In this document: in pieces, positions 56,281 to 64,000 of the stretch
Layout: every line of letters begins with the position of its first letter
Numbering within the stretch: position 1 is the first letter of the stretch
Assembly (NCBI GenBank): GCA_002687735.1
Contig: NZBD01000015.1
Span: 54,499-118,498 of the forward strand
Direction of reading: 5' to 3'
Source: Candidatus Iainarchaeum sp.
GTDB taxonomy: Archaea > Iainarchaeota > Iainarchaeia > Iainarchaeales > Iainarchaeaceae
Length of the DNA stretch: 64,000 nucleotides
Notes under the pieces: model-generated
Told to the model about the DNA's origin: nothing
Databases searched by the model: none
What the model saw: only the letters and a program-made list of their open reading frames with translations
Position numbers and translations under genes: made by a program

Positions 56281-57771
56281 TTAGTAATAATACCTATATT
56301 CAACAGTGTATGTTACCTCTGCTTCTCCTTTTGCAGGAACATTCACATTAAACTCTATCTCACTTGAACTCTTTTTATCATATGGGAGTGAATTCTTTGT
56401 AATAGTCCAGCTTGAACCAAGATTTTCTTTAACTATAACATTAACTGCTTCATCTTTCTGGTTTTCCAGTTTAATTTTATACTCGTATTTATAGAATCCT
56501 TTTCCAAAATTTTCAGAGTTAGTTTGTGTTCTTTCTCCAGTAACATCAAATGCATTCCCCAAAAATAATTCTAATTCATCCTCTGTTTTTGTATGATCTA
56601 TTTCATCTTCTCCAACGAACTGTAATTGTCCGTCAGAATCTTTTTTGTAAACTCTCACAATTCCTTTTGGTAAAGGCATTCCTAATCCTTGTGATTCTGA
56701 ATTGTTAAATCTAAGTTTTACCTGAACTTTATTCCCATTACTTTGTCCATCATAAACAAATTCTTTCTGAGATGAAACATTATTTGCGGATAATAATGAA
56801 ATTTGTTTGGTTTCATTATTGTTAATTGTAGTTTTCCTGTCTAAAGTGTACAAATAGTATTCAAATAATGCTTCTTCCCCGAACTGTTTTGGTACAGCCG
56901 CTCCGTCAGACATTGCATATTCAAACACTTCTCTATACTGAGGACTTTCCTGTACTCTATGAATATCCCCTGCAACAAGTTTTAGTTTTGTATCAGGATA
57001 ACCTGTTCCTGAATTATTTGTTATTGTAGTCCAGCCAGTAAAATCCAATGCAGTGTCATCATCATTTACTGTTGCAATATAATCAGCCCTCCAATCAAGA
57101 CCGGTTGTTAAGTAAACGGTTTGAGTTTCTCTGTTTCCTGCCTGTTCTGCGTAAATTTTCCATACTAATGTAGGCTTTGTAAGAAGCCCTCCTGGAAGTT
57201 CTGTGAATTCTATTTTATTAGTATTTGAAAGTGCAATTATTTTTCCATCAGAATTCAATACAATTCCGTCATTAAAACTCAATAGTACGCCAGTGTATTC
57301 TTTTACTTGATCTCCTTCCACAACCTGAACCGTAATTTCCTTATCCAAATACTTTTCCAGAATTTTGTTCTTACTCACAAGGTCGTATTCGTAATTTTGT
57401 TCAACAACAAAAGAACTCGGAAAACTTAAATCCTGAAAGAAAACACTTGTGGCATCTATGCCAGATGCAATATCCTTAAACTGAACCAAATTAATTCCCT
57501 GTTCCAAAAACATCTCTCTGACATCTTTCACCAATGCAAAATCCTGATTATAAACAGTTATTTCACTGGAACCTTTTTCTCCAATATTCTGAGCAGTATC
57601 ATCAAACAACACTACCTCTGGCTTCCCAACAGCAACTTTGTAAGAAACCTCATTAACATTAAAATTTGGCTTTGCTTTTACAGTTATCTGTTCATTGCCG
57701 ATTATGCTGTTTAATCCTATAAGGCCAATAAGAAGAACTATCCCAATTCCAAATACAAGTTTTTTATCCAT
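56281..57771 (-). CDS. secreted DUF4139-like domain protein
   Basis: Signal peptide plus GLDWRADY...GWTTITNNSG pattern. Confidence 0.45.
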   Translation of the reverse strand: MDKKLVFGIGIVLLIGLIGLNSIIGNEQITVKAKPNFNVNEVSYKVAVGKPEVVLFDDTAQNIGEKGSSEITVYNQDFALVKDVREMFLEQGINLVQFKDIASGIDATSVFFQDLSFPSSFVVEQNYEYDLVSKNKILEKYLDKEITVQVVEGDQVKEYTGVLLSFNDGIVLNSDGKIIALSNTNKIEFTELPGGLLTKPTLVWKIYAEQAGNRETQTVYLTTGLDWRADYIATVNDDDTALDFTGWTTITNNSGTGYPDTKLKLVAGDIHRVQESPQYREVFEYAMSDGAAVPKQFGEEALFEYYLYTLDRKTTINNNETKQISLLSANNVSSQKEFVYDGQSNGNKVQVKLRFNNSESQGLGMPLPKGIVRVYKKDSDGQLQFVGEDEIDHTKTEDELELFLGNAFDVTGERTQTNSENFGKGFYKYEYKIKLENQKDEAVNVIVKENLGSSWTITKNSLPYDKKSSSEIEFNVNVPAKGEAEVTYTVEYRYYY

Positions 57772-57837
57772 TTTTTTTCACCTGATTAACTAACTCATTT
57801 CAAATTTAAACTCTTTTCTTTTTCCTTAGGCTTTTCC

Positions 57838-58068
57838 CTAATTCTCCTCAACCAATTGGGACAACCATAAAGTAACAAACACAGCAGCTATTGTGACAAT
57901 AATTGCATATGTTAGCATCGGAAACAAAGTGTTTGGTTCGCCAAAAAATTCTATGAAAAGAGCCTGAATTGCATCATTCCATGCTAATGCTGCAACAAAC
58001 CCAAAAGCGGCAGTAGCTAAAGTCATAAGCCTTTGAAATATTCTTTTTTTCTTGGGTACTAATCGCAT
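57838..58068 (-). CDS. hypothetical small membrane protein
   Basis: 76 aa, two TM helices. Confidence 0.35.
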   Translation of the reverse strand: MRLVPKKKRIFQRLMTLATAAFGFVAALAWNDAIQALFIEFFGEPNTLFPMLTYAIIVTIAAVFVTLWLSQLVEEN

Positions 58069-58148
58069 AACTTCATTAGGAATTGTTCATATTTATTGTT
58101 TTTGGTTTTGCTGTTTCATTCTTAAACTTTTCAATACGCTCCTATATT

Positions 58149-59567
58149 ATGTGTTCGATTATAGGGATTTATTCCAAACAAGGCAGAGACGTTTCTGATT
58201 ATTTGCATACTTTAATGGATTCATTAAAACACAGAGGTCCAGAAGCTTTCGGAATTAAAACCCCCAAAGAAGAATCCAAATCCAAATCATTTAAACAATT
58301 AAAATCCCTGAAAAATCCAGTGGCTCTTGGGCATTGCTTGCTTTCGACAACAGGTTATGGTATACAGCCCATTTCAAAAGGAAATGTTTCGGTTTCCCAT
58401 AATGGCCAGATTTACAATCATAAAAAACTCGTGAAAGAAAAAAATCTTGCTTCTGATTCTGAAGCGATTGTTCATTTTTTTGCAAATGAATTAAAAAAAG
58501 GTTCTTTTGCAAATGCTTTAAAAAAATTCATGAAAAAAGCAGAAGGAGAATATTCTGTTGGTTTGCTTCATAAAAATTCTCTGTATGCTTTCCGTGATCC
58601 AATAGGATTGAAGCCATTGTGGTTTGGTTCTAATGATTCGGTTTTTGCTTTTGCTTCAGAGCCAAGTGCTTTAATGAAAATAGATATCCAGTTCCCACAG
58701 CCTCTGTTGCCGGGGCATATGTTAAAAATAACAAAAAATGGCTTTGAAATAAAAAAAGTTTTTACTGTTGAAAACTTCAGGAAAACAGTTCCAAAGAAGC
58801 ATTCAGCAGAAAATCTAAAATCTGCTTTTGATGAAACAATAGAATCACAAACAATAGGGTTGCAGAAAGCAGCTGTTCTTTTTAGTGGCGGGATTGATTC
58901 TGCTTTAATTGCAAAAGCGGTTGCCGAAAAAGTCTCTGATACAAAGCTTTTTGTTGTAGGAACCAAAAACAGCCAGGATATGGTTACCGCCAAAGAAGTT
59001 GCAAAAGAATTAGGATTGAAATTGGAACAAATTGAGCTTTCCGAGGAAAAAATAAAAAAACTCATGTTTTGTTCAATGAAAATTCTTTCTTTTTTTGATG
59101 AAATGCAAATTGGGATTGCTGTTCCTGAACTCGCTTGTGCAGAAGAAATCAAGAAACAAGGTTACAGAGTCGTTTTTTCAGGTCAAGGCTCAGATGAGGT
59201 TTTTTGTGGTTATAATAATTATATTAGGGTACTTGAGAAGAATAGTTTTTCTGCTGTTGAGGAAGAAATATGGTTTTCTATTTCTAGAATGTGGTCAAGA
59301 AATTTTTATAGGGATGATGCAATAATTGCCAGTGAATCTCTTGAGTTAAGGGTTCCGTTAGTTTCAATGCAGTTTTTGAAACAAGCAATGACTATTCCTG
59401 CAAAAGAAAAAATTAAAAATAAAGAGGATAAAATCAGAAAATGGCCTATTAGAGAAATAGCAAAACTTTACAATATTCCTGATTCTGTTGCTTTAAAACC
59501 TAAGAAAGCTCTGCAGTATGGTTCTGGTTCCCAAAAAATCGTTTCTAAAATCTTGAAAGGAAATTAA
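58149..59567 (+). CDS. asnB: asparagine synthase-like glutamine amidotransferase (Ntn plus PP-loop)
   Basis: N-terminal MCSIIG nucleophile; PP-loop SGGIDS. Confidence 0.7.
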   Translation: MCSIIGIYSKQGRDVSDYLHTLMDSLKHRGPEAFGIKTPKEESKSKSFKQLKSLKNPVALGHCLLSTTGYGIQPISKGNVSVSHNGQIYNHKKLVKEKNLASDSEAIVHFFANELKKGSFANALKKFMKKAEGEYSVGLLHKNSLYAFRDPIGLKPLWFGSNDSVFAFASEPSALMKIDIQFPQPLLPGHMLKITKNGFEIKKVFTVENFRKTVPKKHSAENLKSAFDETIESQTIGLQKAAVLFSGGIDSALIAKAVAEKVSDTKLFVVGTKNSQDMVTAKEVAKELGLKLEQIELSEEKIKKLMFCSMKILSFFDEMQIGIAVPELACAEEIKKQGYRVVFSGQGSDEVFCGYNNYIRVLEKNSFSAVEEEIWFSISRMWSRNFYRDDAIIASESLELRVPLVSMQFLKQAMTIPAKEKIKNKEDKIRKWPIREIAKLYNIPDSVALKPKKALQYGSGSQKIVSKILKGN

Positions 59568-60115
59568 ATTCCGTCCTGTTCTGTGATTCCTGAAATCCGG
59601 TCATCCACTTGGCATATTTCAATTATTTCAATTGGAGCTCCGGGGAGAGTTATATTTGTCGGAACTGCTTGCTTATAAATTTCCACATCTCTTGTTTCTG
59701 TAACCTTGAATCCTTCCACAGAAACAGAACATTCAAGAGTTCCTGTAACATTTAATTGGTGAACGATAGCTCCAGTAATTTCCGGTCCCTCTGAAAATCC
59801 ACATTCAACAAGCGATTTTATGTTAAAATTATTTATTACTTCCTGTAAATATGTTTCAATCCTTGCAATGCCTACAGGAGGAATAAAGTCACATGCTGGC
59901 GGAATTGATTCATCATAATAAGTTTTTGATGTTGCCTTATCAAGAACCCAGATTAAGTTGTTTGTTTTTACATTAACTTCTTTTGCGGCTTCCATTTTTA
60001 TGAAAGAATCATTATTAGTTGTAAGGTTTAGTGATGCGTTTGCAACAAAAATTAATATTGCGATTGCACCAACCGCTACCCATCCGGAAATAAATCCTTT
60101 CATGTTGCCCTGCAT
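59564..60115 (-). CDS. probable archaeal type IV pilin-like protein
   Basis: N-terminal MKGFISGWVAVGAIAILIFVA class-III-like signal/TM; part of a 4-gene cluster. Confidence 0.4.
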   Translation of the reverse strand: MQGNMKGFISGWVAVGAIAILIFVANASLNLTTNNDSFIKMEAAKEVNVKTNNLIWVLDKATSKTYYDESIPPACDFIPPVGIARIETYLQEVINNFNIKSLVECGFSEGPEITGAIVHQLNVTGTLECSVSVEGFKVTETRDVEIYKQAVPTNITLPGAPIEIIEICQVDDRISGITEQDGI

Positions 60116-60381
60116 TCTTTCACCTTGCTGTTTAGAGTATCTGCTTCATCATGCTCAAATAATTCTTTACAGTTTACTATTAATCCTTCTTCAATAGTAG
60201 CAGTTCCATCCGTATAAAAAGCAATTAATGAATTATCTGTTGCTTTTGCACTCAGTAATGACTGCTGAACTTCTCCGGTTGAGGCAATATTAGAAACCGC
60301 CAGTCCTGAAAAAAGAGCTATTATTACAACCATTGCGAGAATCGCATCCGTGCTGAATATCACTCCTTTCATTCTTTCCAC
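60100..60381 (-). CDS. archaeal type IV pilin-like protein
   Basis: MKGVIFSTDAILAMVVI class III signal peptide. Confidence 0.5.
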   Translation of the reverse strand: MERMKGVIFSTDAILAMVVIIALFSGLAVSNIASTGEVQQSLLSAKATDNSLIAFYTDGTATIEEGLIVNCKELFEHDEADTLNSKVKECRAT

Positions 60382-60959
60382 ACCTTTATTGTTAATTCAT
60401 TTATTGTTGAATCGTAAGGGCAATTAGTTCCGCTTGTAATACAATTATCAAAATCATCCTTGTTGATGTTGTTTCCGCTTAAAAATTCTCTTTTAATAAC
60501 CAGAACATTTTCTGCATCTTCTGGAGCATCGTCTGAGCAATCGCCCATTATTAATGGAGCATCTGCATCATTTGTTTCATCAACAAGAGTTATGTAGCAA
60601 CCAAATGTTTCTGGTATCATTAAAAATCTTTTTTGTAATGCGCCTTGAAAATTCGGAGTATCTACACAACCCAATAATTCATAACCCTGGTCATTAAAAC
60701 TTGGGTTCCCTGAATTGCTTGGAGTACAGCTATATTCTCCGAGATAATTGTTTCCTGCATTAATTGCTATTGCTGTTAATTCATTTCTCAATCTTGCTTC
60801 TTTAATTTCATAAGCGCTTAACTCGTAAACATTCAGAAGCATTCCTATTGCTAGCACTGCTAATGTCATTGCTATTAAAAAATCAAGTGAAAATATTTGC
60901 CCTTTTGTTTTTTGTTTTTCCATAATCATTCCTTTGTAATTGTTATTGTATCTCCGCAA
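60369..60959 (-). CDS. archaeal type IV pilin-like protein
   Basis: KGQIFSLDFLIAMTLAVLAIG class III signal (start probably at the internal MEKQ). Confidence 0.55.
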   Translation of the reverse strand: MRRYNNNYKGMIMEKQKTKGQIFSLDFLIAMTLAVLAIGMLLNVYELSAYEIKEARLRNELTAIAINAGNNYLGEYSCTPSNSGNPSFNDQGYELLGCVDTPNFQGALQKRFLMIPETFGCYITLVDETNDADAPLIMGDCSDDAPEDAENVLVIKREFLSGNNINKDDFDNCITSGTNCPYDSTINELTIKVWKE

Positions 60960-61312
60960 TATATTGTTCCGGTAGAAGGTTCAATCTTAATTTTACTTAA
61001 ATCAAGGTCAGTATATTTGCGGTCTGTTCCTGAATCAAGATCCGTAACAGTAATATCGGCATTTGTTGAATTGCCAATATCAACTTCACACTCAATAGAA
61101 TTTGGAATAGTGTACTCCATTTCCGCTCCGTAAGCTTTTACGGATCCAACTGCACTGTAAACATCTAATAAAACAGAATCTAATGCATTTTTAGTTTTCG
61201 ATTCCTGGATTGTTACATTGAAACCTTCCATGTAAGCCTGCATCAAAAGCAGGAACAAAACCGCCGCCAATATAGCCAGCAATAGATCCATGCTTAATTG
61301 TCCTTTTTTCAT
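60926..61312 (-). CDS. archaeal type IV pilin-like protein
   Basis: MKKGQLSMDLLLAILAAVLFLL class III signal. Confidence 0.55.
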   Translation of the reverse strand: MKKGQLSMDLLLAILAAVLFLLLMQAYMEGFNVTIQESKTKNALDSVLLDVYSAVGSVKAYGAEMEYTIPNSIECEVDIGNSTNADITVTDLDSGTDRKYTDLDLSKIKIEPSTGTIYCGDTITITKE

Positions 61313-61359
61313 TGCTATTGAATATACATTCTTTTTATATAAAATTAGCGTCAGACTGC

Positions 61360-62055
61360 TTATTCTAAGTAATAATGATTTATTGCGTTCAGGTTTTCAT
61401 CTAATTCATAAACAAGAGGTTTCCCTGTAGGTATTTCAAGAGAGGGTATTTCTTCATTACTAATATTATCTAAATGCTTTACAAGTGCCCTTAGACTATT
61501 CCCATGGGCAGAAATAAGAATCTTCTTTTTTTGTTTTAATTGAGGGACAATTTCACTTTCCCAATAAGGAAGAACCCTTTCAATAGTGTCCTTAAGGCTT
61601 TCACCCATTGGTTTCTGATCTTCTCTTAACTCAGAATAAATCTCATCATAACTAGGATTGCTTTTATCATCTTTTTCAAAAAGAGGCGGCCTTACATCAA
61701 AACTTCTTCTCCAAACATGAACCTGTTCTTCCCCGTGCTTTTTTTTCATCTCATCTTTATTTAATCCGGTCAAAGCCCCATAATGTCTTTCATTAAGTCT
61801 CCAGCTTTTTTTAACAAGAACATCCAAACCCATTTCTTTCAGACACAATTCTGTTGTCCGGATTCCTCTTTTCAAATAAGAAGTGTAAACAAGATCAAAT
61901 GAATATCCTTTTTCCTTCAGTATTTTTCCTGAATTAATACATTCCTGTATTCCTTTTTCAGAAAGATCAACATCTTTCCAGCCAGTAAACCTGTTTTCCA
62001 GATTCCACTGGCTTTGACCATGCCTTAATAAAACGAGTTTTATTTTTTCCATCAA
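61360..62055 (-). CDS. gpmA: 2,3-bisphosphoglycerate-dependent phosphoglycerate mutase
   Basis: [10 protein letters not shown] catalytic His motif. Confidence 0.8.
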   Translation of the reverse strand: MMEKIKLVLLRHGQSQWNLENRFTGWKDVDLSEKGIQECINSGKILKEKGYSFDLVYTSYLKRGIRTTELCLKEMGLDVLVKKSWRLNERHYGALTGLNKDEMKKKHGEEQVHVWRRSFDVRPPLFEKDDKSNPSYDEIYSELREDQKPMGESLKDTIERVLPYWESEIVPQLKQKKKILISAHGNSLRALVKHLDNISNEEIPSLEIPTGKPLVYELDENLNAINHYYLE

Positions 62056-62411
62056 ATCACTTTCAGTTGTTCTTGGTTTCCTTTATTATCAAAAGCTCGT
62101 ATTGTATTTAAATCGTAAGGATGGCTTATAATTATGTGTATGTTTCCGAATTTTCTGAATGCATCAAGATCTGCTTTTGAAGGATGATTATAAACTGAAG
62201 GATGGCTATGGATAGTTCCTATAATTTTTTTGTCAAACGGAATTAAATCAGACCTGAAACTTGAAAAGTTTTTTCCGTAAGTGGCCGGAACAATAACCAG
62301 TTCCTCAATAAGTTTGCTTGTTCCGCCAAGCATTGAAAAGAACTCATCAGGATAAACATTCCTTGCTGCCATTATTATTGATTCAACAACCTCTTTTTTT
62401 ATCATAAACAT
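62052..62411 (-). CDS. JAB/MPN (JAMM) metalloprotease domain protein
   Basis: HSHP...S..D zinc motif. Confidence 0.6.
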   Translation of the reverse strand: MFMIKKEVVESIIMAARNVYPDEFFSMLGGTSKLIEELVIVPATYGKNFSSFRSDLIPFDKKIIGTIHSHPSVYNHPSKADLDAFRKFGNIHIIISHPYDLNTIRAFDNKGNQEQLKVI

Positions 62412-62433
62412 AAATAGATTTCTTTTCTGTTAT

Positions 62434-63603
62434 TTAAAAACCAATTCCGAGATAAAAAAGCATTGTCGGAACCATAAGAAATGACATAACCAAGCTTCTT
62501 TTTGTTTTGCTTGCCAGACCAAATAAAGAAACACCCGTTGCACTCAAAGCCACAATTAAACCAGTTACTCCTGAAAAATGAAACACAACAAAAATCAAAA
62601 ATATTAAAATTCCCTTGCTTATGTTTTGGTAGTTCATTTTTGTAATTTTGATTGCTTTTCCCGCAACAAATTCACTAGTAATTGCAGCCAGACCAATGCT
62701 AATAACCGCTCCTGCAAGCAACACAGGAAAAATCTCCAAATCAATTTCAATAATGCTGTTTAATGCTACTGCCATTCCGGTTCTTGTTTTTCCAATAATA
62801 AAAAGCATCAGCAAACTAAACAATAAATTAGCTGTATTAACGCCGCCTATTATTGTTAAGTAACCCCGCTTACCAATGTTTGTAAAAATTTTTTTTGAAA
62901 CAAAAGCAGCCTGACTCGGGCCTATCCCGGGAAATATTGAAATTAATCCTGCAACAAAACCAGCCAGCAATGCAGTTTTCGAACTTCCTTTTCCAAAACT
63001 TTTTTTTTGTTCGGGTATTTTAGTATTTGAAAAAACCGATTGCAATAAACTCGGGATTGCGAAAAACCCTATTACTAAAGCCAGTACCGGATTTTTTATT
63101 CCTGAATTAAGGGAAATAATTCCTAACGCTGATGAAATCAATATTATAAAAAGTGCATTAGGTTTCTTTTTTTCACTGAGAAATAATAAAAGCAATGTTC
63201 CGAATAAGATTGTTGGAATTATAAGAGGCAGAGTTTCATTGTAATTGTCTGCAAAAGAAAAAAAGAATGGCATTAAAAGTAATGCGGTTATTGAAGCAAA
63301 CAATCCTCCAAAAATAGTAAGTTGTATTGCTTCAAACCCTTTTCCTTGTAATAGCATTCTGTGACCCGGAAGAATACTCAAAAAACTTTCCTCTGATGGT
63401 GCGCCTAATAATATTGTCGGGATCGCGTCAACAAATGAATGGGTGATGCTCATGGAAATTACAAACAAAGCAAACCCAAGATTTTTTTCTAAAGGAGAAT
63501 AAATTGTTATTAATGCAATTGTGTTTGCGTGTAATCCCGGAATTAATCCTGTTGCGGTTCCTGCGATAATCCCTATTAACAAAAAATTTATTTCCTCTAT
63601 CAA
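62434..63603 (-). CDS. DUF112/TctA-like membrane protein
   Basis: GLIPGLH motif; polytopic. Confidence 0.55.
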   Translation of the reverse strand: MIEEINFLLIGIIAGTATGLIPGLHANTIALITIYSPLEKNLGFALFVISMSITHSFVDAIPTILLGAPSEESFLSILPGHRMLLQGKGFEAIQLTIFGGLFASITALLLMPFFFSFADNYNETLPLIIPTILFGTLLLLFLSEKKKPNALFIILISSALGIISLNSGIKNPVLALVIGFFAIPSLLQSVFSNTKIPEQKKSFGKGSSKTALLAGFVAGLISIFPGIGPSQAAFVSKKIFTNIGKRGYLTIIGGVNTANLLFSLLMLFIIGKTRTGMAVALNSIIEIDLEIFPVLLAGAVISIGLAAITSEFVAGKAIKITKMNYQNISKGILIFLIFVVFHFSGVTGLIVALSATGVSLFGLASKTKRSLVMSFLMVPTMLFYLGIGF

Positions 63604-63953
63604 ATTCTCTCAACTTTTTTCACTATTAATTCTAATTCGTTTTTGTAACTGCTGATTTTTGCTGTTACTTTTACTGTTTCATTTTCTTTCAGAATAAGCA
63701 TTTGTTCAGTTTTTGGCTTGAAGTAAACGGATTTTATTCTGGCTTCATTTTCTAAATAAAAGAATGCGTTTTTGTTTCGGATTTCTATTTCCTTAATGAT
63801 TCCAACAATCTTTACATTTTCTCCGATATGCTCTTGGTTTATTTCGCTTATTTTCAGGTTTTTCTCTTCAGGAAGAACCATTGCCAGAATCATTATGCCA
63901 AGTAATGCCAGTCCAAGGCCTATTATTTTAGTTTTTTGAAGATCAAACAGCAT
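63600..63953 (-). CDS. membrane-anchored OB-fold protein
   Basis: N-terminal TM followed by an OB-like beta pattern. Confidence 0.35.
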   Translation of the reverse strand: MLFDLQKTKIIGLGLALLGIMILAMVLPEEKNLKISEINQEHIGENVKIVGIIKEIEIRNKNAFFYLENEARIKSVYFKPKTEQMLILKENETVKVTAKISSYKNELELIVKKVERI

Positions 63954-64000
63954 ACTATTGTTCTAATAGAAAAAGAATAAAAATTCGTTGATTGACGAAT

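Noticed and set aside
1-64000. CRISPR array, rRNA genes, IS transposase
   Set aside because: No regularly spaced direct repeats, rRNA-like conserved segments or transposase motifs were seen anywhere in the window.

Overview
AT-rich (~33% GC) archaeal chromosomal segment, most likely from a small-genome DPANN-type archaeon. The archaeal assignment rests on archaeal-type r-proteins (L31e, L39e, S19e, S17e, LX), aEF-1beta, Pus10, Pelota, ABCE1, GGGP synthase, Hjc, NurA/HerA/Rad50, archaeal DnaG, class-III-signal pilins and TTG/GTG starts. The window is densely packed with information-processing genes. One conserved archaeal block runs S19e - PDCD5-like - L39e - L31e - eIF6 - LX - prefoldin alpha - FtsY. 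Also present: TRAM protein, SRP54, RadA, an RPA-like protein, a nurA-ZnR-ZnR-herA operon, Rad50, DnaG, thioredoxin/glutaredoxin genes, dispersed type IV pilus genes and four tRNAs. Three sequence-level signals are not explained by the gene track. (1) A family of small GC-rich insertions begins with the hairpin CCACAGTTGCGGCTGTGG. Three of the four copies are flanked by 12-23 bp direct duplications of their target, and they sit exactly on gene boundaries; a similar duplication-flanked element lies at the 3' end of tRNA-Val. (2) A GC-rich box (T)TCGCACCGGCAAC lies 12-17 bp upstream of the TATA elements of radA, nurA-herA, an unknown 498-aa gene, a DUF5678-like/retropepsin-like pair and a LAGLIDADG gene, suggesting a DNA-repair regulon. 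(3) A ~60-bp palindromic T-rich module recurs three times, twice directly 5' of tRNA genes. No CRISPR array, rRNA or recognisable IS transposase was seen.
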